From a virus (taxonomy: Duplodnaviria > Caudoviricetes): DNA of 64,000 bases. The position numbers and the translations under genes were made by a program. The DNA lies in IMG/VR virus record IMGVR_UViG_3300002835_000006. One strand, given 5' to 3'. How positions within the stretch are numbered: position 1 is the stretch's first letter; each line of letters starts with the position of its first letter. Below, one piece after another: positions 28,240 through 38,781 of the stretch. The notes under the pieces are model-generated. The model was not told the DNA's origin. It searched no databases and saw only the letters and a list, made by a program, of their open reading frames with translations.

Positions 28240-30338
28240 CACGTAAAGATAAATTAGTAATAACTGAGCTCAAAAGAATCCAAGAAATAATGGGGGTAGA
28301 AAATAATTTACCTATACTTTTAGAACAGCCCAAACCGTTACTTACCGCTTTAAAAAGTATTTTTACCAACGCGGAGCCTTTGGAAAAGGGTGCAATATAT
28401 CAGCTTACACATAATGGTAAACCGTTAAAAAAATTGGCGAATGCTGAATTTCAAGAATTGAAAAGTTTGGTTTCCAAACCAAATTTCAGATTTGCCGACA
28501 TTACAGATGATGGTTTAAGATTGACTCTGAAACAAATAGTACAAAGTAATGAAGAATTACAAGCGTTAGCAGAAAAAACGATTCAAGATATAGCAAAAAG
28601 TCAGGGGAAGACTGTTTCACAATTGATGAAAGAATTCGCACAAGACTATATCGACACTAACGCAGAAAATTACACTCCCGAAGAATGGATTAAAAATAAA
28701 TTATCTACTCTTACAGTTCCTGATGGTACTGCTAGTGGTGGTCGTCGTCCTTTGAATATAGATGACGGCTCTATTGAGTTGATTGAAAATTATTTAGTAC
28801 AACAGTTGAAAAAGTATGTACCTGAAATAGAAGTGGCTGGTAGAAAAATTAGTGCCGCTTCAAACTCATGGTGGACAACAGGAACGGGTGCACAACTCAA
28901 ATCGCTTGGTAATGCCCTGTTACCATATTATTTCAAAAACCTTTGGTATAAATTTGTACCATGGGCAACAGAAATATTACCAAATAAATTGTTAAAAAAA
29001 TGGAAAATAGAAGTTCCTAGTATTGTAGACGACCTTGAAGGTCAAGTTGCTGAAATTATGAGGAAGCAACAAACCTTAGACCCACAAGGAGAGGAAATGA
29101 GTTTTGATGTATTGGAAAATTTGGACAATATGTGGGCAATAATATCACGAGGACGAAAGAGCATGATGGAACAACAATATAAACAAATGATTCAAGATTG
29201 GTTTGTAACGAATTCAGCAATTCCAAAGAAAGAATTGGAGGTATTTTTAAACAACCCGGGAGTTAAAAAGGTCTTGGAGACACCGCCAGAATATTTGACA
29301 AAAAAAATGGATTATATTTTCATGACTTATCTCAAGGCTCATGTGAAAAAAATTCCAGCTGTTGGTGCAACCCTACAAGCGATTAAAAATGCTAAAGCTC
29401 GAGGTGGAATTATGAAATCTTTTAAAGAACAAGATTTCTTTGAATTCATTCCTAGATTAAAAAATGAAATTCTCTATAAAACTCCCCTCACCAAAGCCGA
29501 AATGATGGAATTAGGTATGAGGACTACAAAAGCTGGTACAATAATAGAATTTGCCTTCATTTATTTGATTTGGGTCCCTGTAGTAGAAAATTTGATAAAA
29601 AACTATTTTGCAACAATTTATCAAAACTATTTTGTTATAGATGATTTTAACAAAGAATTAGAAAGATACAGGCAATTGTGTAAGGTCGGTCTCATAGAAG
29701 AGAATGGTAAACCTATCCCACCCTCAGAATGTAACAAAAGATTTGCGGAAATAAAAAGAACAACATGGGATGGTATGATTGAAAATGTAAAAGCTAATTA
29801 TCCTTTTAGAGCTTACATTAGGGACGTAAAAGAAGGTTTTGGAGAGGGTATACCAGAAGGGTTGTGGAACCTTTTATTAAATCCGGCCACAAGGATTGAT
29901 GAGTTATACAGTGCACTTAAAAAGTCTGTAAGTGAAGGGGAAAGTGTTATTCCATTTGAGCGTTGGAAAGATGAGGCATTGGAACCTTTCGAGCCCATAA
30001 GAGAGGATATGGAAAAACAACTTAGAAGTCTAGGTTTACCGGTGGACAATGAAAAAGAATTAGATGCTGCAACGGCCGAACTAATTAGAAAACAGGAAAA
30101 AGAAAATCCTGAGCTCAGATATATGTCAGGAAACCTTAAAGAAAATTTAGTAGATTTTAAAAAGTTTCTAACAACTCCACCTAATACTATGACAATGTCT
30201 TCTTTGACTAATGCTGCGGAAATGACAGATAATGTTGGAAAATATTATTTAATCGATAAAACAAAACCGGTCGATATTTACGACAACCCTAAATTCAGAT
30301 TTTTTGAAGGAACGTTTACACAAGATTATGCAAACTAA
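28236..30338 (+). CDS. Large putative virion/ejection protein
   Basis: 700 aa; N-terminus ELKRIQEIMGVE...LLEQ; one TM-like segment. Confidence 0.65.
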   Translation: MTRKDKLVITELKRIQEIMGVENNLPILLEQPKPLLTALKSIFTNAEPLEKGAIYQLTHNGKPLKKLANAEFQELKSLVSKPNFRFADITDDGLRLTLKQIVQSNEELQALAEKTIQDIAKSQGKTVSQLMKEFAQDYIDTNAENYTPEEWIKNKLSTLTVPDGTASGGRRPLNIDDGSIELIENYLVQQLKKYVPEIEVAGRKISAASNSWWTTGTGAQLKSLGNALLPYYFKNLWYKFVPWATEILPNKLLKKWKIEVPSIVDDLEGQVAEIMRKQQTLDPQGEEMSFDVLENLDNMWAIISRGRKSMMEQQYKQMIQDWFVTNSAIPKKELEVFLNNPGVKKVLETPPEYLTKKMDYIFMTYLKAHVKKIPAVGATLQAIKNAKARGGIMKSFKEQDFFEFIPRLKNEILYKTPLTKAEMMELGMRTTKAGTIIEFAFIYLIWVPVVENLIKNYFATIYQNYFVIDDFNKELERYRQLCKVGLIEENGKPIPPSECNKRFAEIKRTTWDGMIENVKANYPFRAYIRDVKEGFGEGIPEGLWNLLLNPATRIDELYSALKKSVSEGESVIPFERWKDEALEPFEPIREDMEKQLRSLGLPVDNEKELDAATAELIRKQEKENPELRYMSGNLKENLVDFKKFLTTPPNTMTMSSLTNAAEMTDNVGKYYLIDKTKPVDIYDNPKFRFFEGTFTQDYAN

Positions 30339-31659
30339 TATAAAAAAACTAATAGTCGAACAAATAGTTTATCCTCCGTGTGACCCCGTTGACCCTCCTA
30401 CCGATTTCACCGATGAAGAATGGGCAGGGTCAGGAAGACCGCCTGTAAGAAGTGGTTGTGCTCCGTGTAAAAAAGGAACTAAAATCTTCATAAGATGTAA
30501 GGCTTCTGTACAACCACCAATCGACGACAAATATGTAGGTGTGTATGTTAAAAAAGGATTTGGAATTATTCAGGATTTCAAAGTCAAATTCAAACAATTT
30601 AGAAATCAGTTGAAAATGACAATGGGTGGTGGTCAATACGTACTTACCAAATCAACCAACACTGAAGATGTTTTTTGGAATCAAACTTTTGGAATCGATG
30701 TTACTTTTGATTTTACTGAGGACCCACCTCAAGCTATTATAAATTTATCTACACCGAACGCTAGTGTTCTTACAACTTTGGAAGGTGCAAACGTAGTTCG
30801 TCTTATGGCACCACCTCCAGTCGGTCAAGGTAGTGAAATAACTGTTACAAAAACTGATGAATCCGTCAACCCTGCAGCAGAGGACTCCGCAGTTTGGAAT
30901 TGTGTGAAAACCGCTCTTGATAATTCGGGTGCAATAATGATGGGAACAAGTCTAAAAGGTGATTATAAATATTTTCCTGTAGATACCATTTATGAGGGTG
31001 AAGAAACTGATTTTTATTTGTACAAGAACTATAAAGCTGAATGGAAGACTTCAGATTCCATGAAAACAATAAAAACAGGTAAATGGGAATGTACTGAAAA
31101 TAATAAAGGATTTAAAATTACATGGGATGATGGTAAAGTTGAAAAATTTCCTGTTAGGGCTCGAATATCTGGTGATGAAAATGAAGATAATAATCAAGAT
31201 GATGGTTCAGACGGAGGAGAAAATCAATCAAAGATAAAAAATTGTCGTTCGTTTGTAACTGAACCAAATGAGAAAGATATTTTGAGTGGAAGAAAACAAA
31301 TAAAAAAATGTATGAAAGGTCCGATTATTGCAAGTATACAAAAAATGCCTGTATTTCAATCATACCTTTTTGATGTGCTAAGAGGAAATAAACAACCTGA
31401 AGTTACCGATGAATTTTTCGGACCTTATATGGAAAAGGCAATCAAAATTTATCAAAGTACAAACGGATTATATTCGTTAAACAGAACTTTAAGTGGTACC
31501 ATAGATAAAAAAACATATGAACTTCTTTTATCACAAAATAAAAATAGACCAGGACCTGAACCTGAACCACCGAAGCCCGCACCTAAACCTGAACCTAAAC
31601 CTGCTCCAGCGCCAGAACCTCCAAAACCAAAATTTGCTGACGAAAAAACAAAATTTTAA
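30328..31659 (+). CDS. Putative virion protein with PG-binding-like motif and Pro-rich tail
   Basis: YMEKAIKIYQSTNGL...SGTIDKKT; PEPEPPKPAPKPEPKPAPAPEPPKP. Confidence 0.6.
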   Translation: MQTNIKKLIVEQIVYPPCDPVDPPTDFTDEEWAGSGRPPVRSGCAPCKKGTKIFIRCKASVQPPIDDKYVGVYVKKGFGIIQDFKVKFKQFRNQLKMTMGGGQYVLTKSTNTEDVFWNQTFGIDVTFDFTEDPPQAIINLSTPNASVLTTLEGANVVRLMAPPPVGQGSEITVTKTDESVNPAAEDSAVWNCVKTALDNSGAIMMGTSLKGDYKYFPVDTIYEGEETDFYLYKNYKAEWKTSDSMKTIKTGKWECTENNKGFKITWDDGKVEKFPVRARISGDENEDNNQDDGSDGGENQSKIKNCRSFVTEPNEKDILSGRKQIKKCMKGPIIASIQKMPVFQSYLFDVLRGNKQPEVTDEFFGPYMEKAIKIYQSTNGLYSLNRTLSGTIDKKTYELLLSQNKNRPGPEPEPPKPAPKPEPKPAPAPEPPKPKFADEKTKF

Positions 31660-31661
31660 TT

Positions 31662-32975
31662 ATGAAACGTAGAATTATACAAGAACAAGACGAGAAACAA
31701 ACCAAAAAAACAAATTTAACAAGAGCGATTGAGTTAGGTTGTTTTGATAGATTGGGTATAACAATAAATCCAGAAACACCACAAGAAAAAGACGGTAACG
31801 TTATTTTATTTGCTAAAGGGAATGAGTCTCAAGCGGATTTTCAAGTGACTTTTGAACCTGACGTGAACCAAAAAGATGCTAAAGGATTACAACAATTAGG
31901 AAAAATAGTTAAAACTTTAGACCCCAAAGAATTTAACATTTGGACTTGTAGACCTTTACAAACTGAGTTATCGAAAAAACCCGAAGAAAAAAAAGAACCC
32001 CCTAAGGAAGAGGAAAATAACAATGACCCTGAACTAACGACTTTGAAAGATGCTTTGAAAGCCGCAAAGGCTAACCCTTTGAAAGAAATTGAAGTGAAAG
32101 ATTGTGTTTCAGCAATAAAATTATTTTTTAAATATTCCAAAAATGCTCCACAAGCTGATTTAGGTCAATTCCATGAAGTCGTGAAAAATAGTGTGTCCAA
32201 GTGTGCTAGACAGGAGAACATGAAAAAATTAAATAGGAAAAACAAACAAGAGATAAATACGATGTTACAAACGATAGCTAACTATGCTCAAAGAGATAAG
32301 GATAAAGGAAAATACAAGATTGTGAATTTACCACTCATTGAAAATAGAAATTTGAATTCGTTGGTGAAGGAGGTTTTGAATGAAACTAAAGTATTAAAAG
32401 AAAATAGACTTATCCTTGAAAAGATATGTGAAAGTAGATTGAAAATTGTCTCGGAAAACATGGATGATTTTGAAAATATGAGTAGAGTTAGAAAAATTAA
32501 ATTTGGTTTTAGATTCTTGAAAGAATCCTCTGAGTTATTAGAGATTGGTCTTATAAAAGAAAATCTAACCGATATATTTCAAAATTTATACGGTAAGAGT
32601 ATGGAAGATATGATTGGTGCAATATCTGAACCCCTTCTAATTTCATTATTGACAAAAATTGGTTTAGACGAAGATTTGAAGGGCAAAGTTCTGACGAATA
32701 TTCAATCGAAAGGAACAGAAATTATACCATCTATGGGAGATTGTAAATCTCTGACAAATTTTATATCGGCAGCAATTTCAGAAGAACTTACCAAAAAAAT
32801 GAACACTGAAAATATAATCCAAAGTGATGTGGTCAATACAAGTCTTATGGACACACTAAAAAATTCAAGTTTTTTAGAAAATCTGAATTCTAAATTAGAA
32901 AGTTCGGTTTGTGAGTTATACGATAAATTCACAGAAAATGCAAAAAATTTGGTTGTCAGAATGTCAGCACTCTGA
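31662..32975 (+). CDS. Putative virion protein
   Basis: 437 aa, Glu/Lys-rich; last gene of the cluster. Confidence 0.6.
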   Translation: MKRRIIQEQDEKQTKKTNLTRAIELGCFDRLGITINPETPQEKDGNVILFAKGNESQADFQVTFEPDVNQKDAKGLQQLGKIVKTLDPKEFNIWTCRPLQTELSKKPEEKKEPPKEEENNNDPELTTLKDALKAAKANPLKEIEVKDCVSAIKLFFKYSKNAPQADLGQFHEVVKNSVSKCARQENMKKLNRKNKQEINTMLQTIANYAQRDKDKGKYKIVNLPLIENRNLNSLVKEVLNETKVLKENRLILEKICESRLKIVSENMDDFENMSRVRKIKFGFRFLKESSELLEIGLIKENLTDIFQNLYGKSMEDMIGAISEPLLISLLTKIGLDEDLKGKVLTNIQSKGTEIIPSMGDCKSLTNFISAAISEELTKKMNTENIIQSDVVNTSLMDTLKNSSFLENLNSKLESSVCELYDKFTENAKNLVVRMSAL

Positions 32976-33023
32976 TGACCAGTATAAATGGTAGGAAAAC
33001 AAAAAGGGGGTGTTCCAAATCAA

Positions 33024-33052
33024 AAAAAAGAAGGGTTTAACCCTTCTTTTTT
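33024..33052. terminator. Bidirectional terminator
   Basis: AAAAAAGAAGGG-TTTAA-CCCTTCTTTTTT between convergent genes. Confidence 0.8.
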
Positions 33053-33714
33053 GTTTTCACTACTTCATCGATGATACCATATTCAACAGCTTCATCGGCC
33101 GACAGCCAAAAGTCACGTTGAGAGTCTTCAGTAACTTGCTCGGAAGTTTTTCCACAAAATTCTCCAAGTAGTTGGAATAAAATTTTGTTGGTTTTTTCCC
33201 ATTCTATAAAATTGATTCTTGCATCTTGAATATTACCACCAGCACCACCAGATGTTTGATGTAACATAGTTTTAGAAAAACGTAAAGATGCTCTTTTTCC
33301 TTTGGTTCCAGCACCTAAGAGGACTGAACCCATGGAAGCTGCCATTCCTGTGTTTACAGTTCTAATATCACAGGTAATGTACTGCATAACGTCAACCATA
33401 GATAAACCACTCTTTACTGAACCACCAGGCGAATCGATATGCATGGTAATATCAGTCTTATCTGAGTTATCCAAAAACATAAGTTGAGCTTGAACTATGG
33501 TGGACATTCGGTCATCTACGGGACCTGCAACCCAAATGATTCTATCTCTCATCAACCTCGAAAAAATATCAATTTGAGTTGCCCTCATTTCTCTTTCTTC
33601 AAGAATGTAAGGGGTCATAGAGGATTCAATTTGTTGACCAAAATAATGTAAATCCAAGGAACCCTTTCCTAAATGTTTTGTGTAATAATTTGTAAAATCG
33701 TTCGTCAAATTCAT
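33037..33714 (-). CDS. clpP: ATP-dependent Clp protease proteolytic subunit
   Basis: DIFSRLMRDRII, IDSPGGSV, MAASMGSVLL (Ser), MLHQ (His), RDFWLSA.EAVEYGIID (Asp). Confidence 0.95.
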   Translation of the reverse strand: MNLTNDFTNYYTKHLGKGSLDLHYFGQQIESSMTPYILEEREMRATQIDIFSRLMRDRIIWVAGPVDDRMSTIVQAQLMFLDNSDKTDITMHIDSPGGSVKSGLSMVDVMQYITCDIRTVNTGMAASMGSVLLGAGTKGKRASLRFSKTMLHQTSGGAGGNIQDARINFIEWEKTNKILFQLLGEFCGKTSEQVTEDSQRDFWLSADEAVEYGIIDEVVKTKKKG

Positions 33715-33750
33715 ATGTATTAAATTTGAAACAAAAATAACAAAAAAAAG

Positions 33751-34395
33751 TTACAACCCCAAAATGTCATCGACAATTTCTTGACTTGACAAAGTTTTCC
33801 AAGGTCTTGGGTGTTGATATGACCAAAAGGTTTTCCAATTTCCATACCAAATTACTCCCTCCATTCTATGGTCCAAAGTTCTAAAATCGGTTGAGGTTTT
33901 GGGAAACCTTCCTATGTTATAAGTTTTGTAAAAATCTATTCCGAAAGTGGAATAATAATCTCCGAACATTTTATTTATCTCGTCGAATTTAGAATTTAGG
34001 ACTATTTTACACCCATGTATTTTTTGATATACTTTTACTCTTTCCGTCCACAAAAATGCCTCTTCCTTATCTTCAGTGACTAAATTAAATAACACATGTT
34101 TACCATAGTCATTAAATCTGTGTACAAAAATTTTGGACATTCCATAATTTGGGACATACTTGGAAATTTGTATCTCAAAATCGTAATAGAATTCTATTGG
34201 ACAAGTGAAATCTACTCTCCATCTTGGGTATGAACCTGAAGATATTTTGTATCCCTCGATATAAAGAGATTGGTCCTCGTTCTTCTTATATTCTCTCAAT
34301 TCAACATAATATAATTTGTCAGGACCCGCGACTCTAACATGTACGCTAGGGTTTGTATTAAAAACAATTTGTTCACTATTCAGAGTAATATACAT
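33751..34395 (-). CDS. Hypothetical protein
   Basis: 214-aa ORF in the operon with the carbamoyltransferases and clpP. Confidence 0.7.
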   Translation of the reverse strand: MYITLNSEQIVFNTNPSVHVRVAGPDKLYYVELREYKKNEDQSLYIEGYKISSGSYPRWRVDFTCPIEFYYDFEIQISKYVPNYGMSKIFVHRFNDYGKHVLFNLVTEDKEEAFLWTERVKVYQKIHGCKIVLNSKFDEINKMFGDYYSTFGIDFYKTYNIGRFPKTSTDFRTLDHRMEGVIWYGNWKTFWSYQHPRPWKTLSSQEIVDDILGL

Positions 34396-35971
34396 AATCT
34401 TCTAATATGAGTTCATCAATTATTTTTTTATATAAAGTTTCAAATGCTTGGCGAGGATGTTCAATAATTGGTTCATTGTGGGAGTTAAATGAAGTGTTCA
34501 GAAGTACAGGAATACCTGTTATCAAGTAATACTCGTTTAAAATCTCCCAAAATTTAGGATTTGATTCTTTTACAACAACTTGAGGTCTTGCGGTTTTATC
34601 TGACTTTTGAATTACTGCAGGAATTTTATCTATCCACTCCTCTTTTGTGGAATAACACATAGTCATAAATTGTGCAGTATATTTTGACTTAGAACAAGTG
34701 AAAATTTCATCAAAGTGTTCGGACATGACGATAGGTGCAAATGGCATAGTATCATATCTTTTAAGTCTCCCGTTCAAAATTTTATGTGTTTCTTTATCTG
34801 TGGGTTTTACTAAAATACTTCGAGCACCCAAAGCCCTTGGACCCAATTCAGACCCACCCTGAAACCATCCAACTATATTACCATCAGCAATTTTTCTTGC
34901 CATTTCTTTTACATCATACTCTCTTCTCTTAAAATTGAATGAAGTTGAAGCCCTTTGAATTTTTTCTTCAGAATACTTCGAACCGAGAAAAACATTTTTT
35001 AAACGTTTTGGTTTAGTCCATTCACCTAATTCTACAGATTTAAAAATTGCGGCACCGAGAGCTAATCCCTCGTCACCCATCGGAGGTAAAATGTAAACTT
35101 CCTCAACCCAAGGTAGTTCGTTTATGTGTTGATTTAGTTTAACGTTTGCAAAAAGACCTCCGGCGAAACATAGTTTTGTATATTCTGGATATAACTTGTG
35201 TAAATCATTTATAAATCTCAACATCAAATCATTTGTCAATTTTTGTAAATTGAAACAAAACATTTCTTTGTTTATTTGACTTTCGAAAAAACCATCTTCA
35301 AACATCATATCACAAATAAACTGTGTTTTTGGTGCGGTACCCGAGGGGAAAAATCTCAAATTTTCATAATTTACTAATGAATTCAAGATTTTATATATTT
35401 TTTCATCATAAAATCCATCGGGCGCCATTCCCATAAGTTTTCCCTCATCTTTACACATTTTCCATTTTCCCTCATTATGTTCATCATAACCTCTCATACT
35501 AGACGTACTAAAACCCCACAAATGGGATAAGCTGGCAAAACCAGCATATGGCATATTTTTCACTAAGGTCATTTTTCCATTTTCACAAAGGAAAATTTTC
35601 ATTACTGATTCTTGACCACCGCCATCATATGTTATGGTTATCGTTTTACCTTCAAATCCACTTGTAAAATATGCACCGTAAGCGTGGGCGGTGTGATGAC
35701 TTACCCTTTCATAAGGTTTACCTTTGGAAATTCTTCTCAAAAATTCGTCGGGTACAGGCTGAGCAATAACCCTATAATCCGCTTCATGAAATTTCACGTT
35801 GGTTTCAAGCTCTGCCCTGTTCAAACACATTTCGGCCTGAATGTCGTAATTATCACCCGCCTTTATTCTAGTCAAACGTTCTTCTTCTATAGAAAAAATT
35901 ATTTCTCCATCTTCCAAGTAAGCTATACACGGGCTGTGTGAGCCTGTGAACATACCATAAATTCTACTCAT
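34376..35971 (-). CDS. Carbamoyltransferase (NodU/CmcH/TobZ family)
   Basis: EEERLTRIK, HHTAHAYGAY, YDGGG, EGKLMGMA, GGLFANV, GDEGLALGAA, GPRALGARS, RPQ, LNTSFN. Confidence 0.92.
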   Translation of the reverse strand: MSRIYGMFTGSHSPCIAYLEDGEIIFSIEEERLTRIKAGDNYDIQAEMCLNRAELETNVKFHEADYRVIAQPVPDEFLRRISKGKPYERVSHHTAHAYGAYFTSGFEGKTITITYDGGGQESVMKIFLCENGKMTLVKNMPYAGFASLSHLWGFSTSSMRGYDEHNEGKWKMCKDEGKLMGMAPDGFYDEKIYKILNSLVNYENLRFFPSGTAPKTQFICDMMFEDGFFESQINKEMFCFNLQKLTNDLMLRFINDLHKLYPEYTKLCFAGGLFANVKLNQHINELPWVEEVYILPPMGDEGLALGAAIFKSVELGEWTKPKRLKNVFLGSKYSEEKIQRASTSFNFKRREYDVKEMARKIADGNIVGWFQGGSELGPRALGARSILVKPTDKETHKILNGRLKRYDTMPFAPIVMSEHFDEIFTCSKSKYTAQFMTMCYSTKEEWIDKIPAVIQKSDKTARPQVVVKESNPKFWEILNEYYLITGIPVLLNTSFNSHNEPIIEHPRQAFETLYKKIIDELILEDYVYYSE

Positions 35972-35972
35972 T

Positions 35973-37640
35973 TTAGTTTTTCCAAATTAAAAAATTATTG
36001 AGAACCAAATAATTTAAATTTCGGGTAATAAAAGTTTTGATTGCGTCTGTTGGGGTTTCGACAATTGGCTCACTCGGCCCGTTGAAACTTGTATTCAAAA
36101 GAACAGGAACCTGAGTTTTCTCATAAAAACTTTTAATAAGCGTATAAAATTTATAATTATTTTTTTCTGTTACAGATTGAATTCTAGCAGAATTATCAAT
36201 ATGAACTACAGATGGTATTCTTTCTCTCCAGGATTCTTTCACAGTTGTAGTCACTAACATGTGAGGAGAAAAATAATCCATATCGAATATTTCATTCTGA
36301 TATTCGTAAAGGACTGCGGGTGCGAAAGGGCGGTACCACTCTCTACCTTTAATATCTGCATTTATGTGACCACACATCCATTTGGTCATTGGGGATGCGA
36401 CAATTGACCTATTACCAAGCGCTCTAGGTCCGATTTCAGAACCGTCCTGAAACCACCCAATAACTCTGTTTTGTGTCAACCAATAGGTTACTTGCTCAAC
36501 TAATTCGTTGAAATCTTTATATTCTATGAAATCTAATTCAGGGTGTTCGTTCAGTGCTGATATAATCTCATTTTTATGGTATGGTCTCCCAAAATAAGGA
36601 GAAATTTTTGAAGTATTTTTGATTTCTGTAACTTTCTGAAGTGCATACCATGCGCACCCCAATGGGATACCACTGTCATCAGCAGGAGGTAAGAAAAAAC
36701 AATTTTCATACAAACCTGATTTCAGAATTAGTTCATTAGAATTACAATTCAAGAAAGAACCTCCAGCAACACAAATGTTTTTTGAATTGGTCATATTTTT
36801 TGCCATTTTCGCTAAAATTAGTGAAGCTCTTTCTTGTTCCCTTTGATATATTCCTGCAGCAACCGACCTTGAAAAGAAATCTGACGCCCAAGTAACTTTT
36901 GGGTAGATGCTGTTATTTAAAAGAGATATTTCCCCGTCAATTTCTTTCACAAACTCAGGTGCTTCAGAAACCAATTTTGGGTCACCGTATGATGCCAACC
37001 CCATCAGTTTTCCGGCGCTCCAAGTATGATTGGCGGGTTCGTATACCAATTGTAGAGTTCCCTCAGAATACATTGTTCCCAAGGAAGTTTCTTCATTAGT
37101 ATTCCAAGGAACCGGAAACTTTACCCATCTTTTATAGTGTTCTTCATAAGTGTCCTTTTTTAAATGAAGAATTGAAATTCCTTCAGCCCAATCAAAATCT
37201 GGATTCAAGTCCCACTTTTTGGGGTCATACCATTCGTGGGTTTTATTTTTATAAGTTATGATACTACCTGAAGCATCCGCAACAACAACAGCCGCTTCGT
37301 CAAATCCCGAACTGAAAAATGTTGAGTAAGCGTGTGCTAAATGATGTGGAATGAATTGTATCTTTTCTCGACTTATATGTGAAAATTTAGAAAAGAATTG
37401 GTCTTCTACATCATCAATATTTTCCGTAGTACTATATACAAAATAATCAATCTCCCTAATCGAACAACCTATCGCATTCAGACAATAGTTTATTGACTCA
37501 AAAGGGATTTTACCACCTTGATAAGCTCCATCGTGTTTGATTCTCGATAGTCTTTCTTGTGTTATACCCACAAGTATCCTTCCGTCTTCAATTATGACCG
37601 CTCCTTTGTCGTGGCCATTCGAAAAACCTAAAACTTTCAT
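35973..37640 (-). CDS. Carbamoyltransferase (NodU/CmcH/TobZ family), second copy
   Basis: TQERLSRIKH, HHLAHAYS, ADASG, AGKLMGLASYG, GGSFLNC, GPRALGNRS, REWYRPFAP, HIDNSARIQ, LNTSFN. Confidence 0.93.
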   Translation of the reverse strand: MKVLGFSNGHDKGAVIIEDGRILVGITQERLSRIKHDGAYQGGKIPFESINYCLNAIGCSIREIDYFVYSTTENIDDVEDQFFSKFSHISREKIQFIPHHLAHAYSTFFSSGFDEAAVVVADASGSIITYKNKTHEWYDPKKWDLNPDFDWAEGISILHLKKDTYEEHYKRWVKFPVPWNTNEETSLGTMYSEGTLQLVYEPANHTWSAGKLMGLASYGDPKLVSEAPEFVKEIDGEISLLNNSIYPKVTWASDFFSRSVAAGIYQREQERASLILAKMAKNMTNSKNICVAGGSFLNCNSNELILKSGLYENCFFLPPADDSGIPLGCAWYALQKVTEIKNTSKISPYFGRPYHKNEIISALNEHPELDFIEYKDFNELVEQVTYWLTQNRVIGWFQDGSEIGPRALGNRSIVASPMTKWMCGHINADIKGREWYRPFAPAVLYEYQNEIFDMDYFSPHMLVTTTVKESWRERIPSVVHIDNSARIQSVTEKNNYKFYTLIKSFYEKTQVPVLLNTSFNGPSEPIVETPTDAIKTFITRNLNYLVLNNFLIWKN

Positions 37641-37642
37641 AT

Positions 37643-37909
37643 TTAATTTTCCTCCTCTTGTTGTAAATGAACTGCGGTGCCTTCAGCAATGTCTTCGTCA
37701 CATTTGTAAATGTGAATTTTATCTGAAAACTTGAAAACAATTACTTTTTTCACTTCTTCGGAAAAGTTTACTTCATTATTAGTATCAACCACTATACCCT
37801 CACCATTTTTTAAAATAAAAGATAATGCTTTAGCAAATAAAAGTGATGGGTCTGTTGTCGGTTCTGAAGTTTGTTCTTCAGGAGTCTCATTTTTTAATTC
37901 TTGTTCCAT
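37643..37909 (-). CDS. Hypothetical protein
   Basis: 88-aa ORF in the operon. Confidence 0.65.
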   Translation of the reverse strand: MEQELKNETPEEQTSEPTTDPSLLFAKALSFILKNGEGIVVDTNNEVNFSEEVKKVIVFKFSDKIHIYKCDEDIAEGTAVHLQQEEEN

Positions 37910-37910
37910 T

Positions 37911-38186
37911 TTATTCTGTTTCGTCTGAGATTATGTCATTTAATTGTGACGTGGCATTCGGGTTTCTTTCTTCAAAAATTTCAACCGCTCTTTCGTATCT
38001 GAACAATTGTAGTTCTTTGACAAAAATTTCATTTTCTAAACTATCTATGTTTTTTTCCATAGAACTGATTTTGATTTTCAAGTTTTCGTTTTTTTTCGTA
38101 AGAGTTTGAACCCTCAGAAGAGAGAGTAGAAACCCTACACTTAAAACAAGAAACGCAATTGATAATTGTTTGAAGCTTAAATCCAT
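37911..38186 (-). CDS. Membrane-anchored coiled-coil protein
   Basis: N-terminal TM helix followed by a heptad-like stretch. Confidence 0.65.
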   Translation of the reverse strand: MDLSFKQLSIAFLVLSVGFLLSLLRVQTLTKKNENLKIKISSMEKNIDSLENEIFVKELQLFRYERAVEIFEERNPNATSQLNDIISDETE

Positions 38187-38208
38187 AGTATAAATCTATT
38201 ATAAAATT

Positions 38209-38697
38209 TTAATAAACAAATGATTTTTGGAAATCATTCCAAATTTTGGATAAAGTATGATTTTCATTTACAAGGGTTGGCGCAAATGGTTTTTGTCTCA
38301 TAACCATTCTTGCTTCTTCAGGGGTCTTATCTGCTTTCTTTAGATTACATTTTTGACATGAGGTAACCAAATTGGTCCATTCATTCTTTCCACCTCTTGA
38401 TTTAGGTATCACGTGGTCTAATGTCAAATTTCTCGAAGAACCACAATAAACACATTGATGGTTATCTCTTTTATAAATTCTGTTTCTATTTGCACGTAAA
38501 ACTCTAGTGAAATGTCTTATGTATTTTAATAAACGTATGATTACGGGTCTGACATAAGTTTTGTAGCCTGTCACAATAGGATTATCATCAGATTTTACAA
38601 TCTCAGCTTTACCCTTGTCAACTAAAACAAACCCCCGTTTGACGCTTGTTACATTCAAGGGAGTATAGTCATAATTCAAAACCAAGACGTGGCTCAT
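38209..38697 (-). CDS. HNH endonuclease
   Basis: VLVLNYDYTPL; RDNHQCVYCG...LTLDHVIPKSRGG...W.NLVTSCQKCNLKK. Confidence 0.92.
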   Translation of the reverse strand: MSHVLVLNYDYTPLNVTSVKRGFVLVDKGKAEIVKSDDNPIVTGYKTYVRPVIIRLLKYIRHFTRVLRANRNRIYKRDNHQCVYCGSSRNLTLDHVIPKSRGGKNEWTNLVTSCQKCNLKKADKTPEEARMVMRQKPFAPTLVNENHTLSKIWNDFQKSFVY

Positions 38698-38740
38698 AAT
38701 AAAAATTTTAAACAAAAATAGTTTATTTTATTAAAAAAAC

Positions 38741-38766
38741 AAAGGGGTCATTTATGTTGACCCCTT
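38741..38766 (-). terminator. Terminator between leader ORF and HNH gene
   Basis: Minus strand AAGGGGTCA-ACATAAA-TGACCCCTTTGTTTTTTT. Confidence 0.75.
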
Positions 38767-38781
38767 CAGATATAGAATGAT

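Noticed and set aside
32972-33015. Hammerhead-like CTGATGA...GAAA...TTC after the last virion-cluster gene
   Set aside because: Stem II does not close next to GAAA and stem I cannot form (T opposite C); CTGATGA is explained by the stop codon
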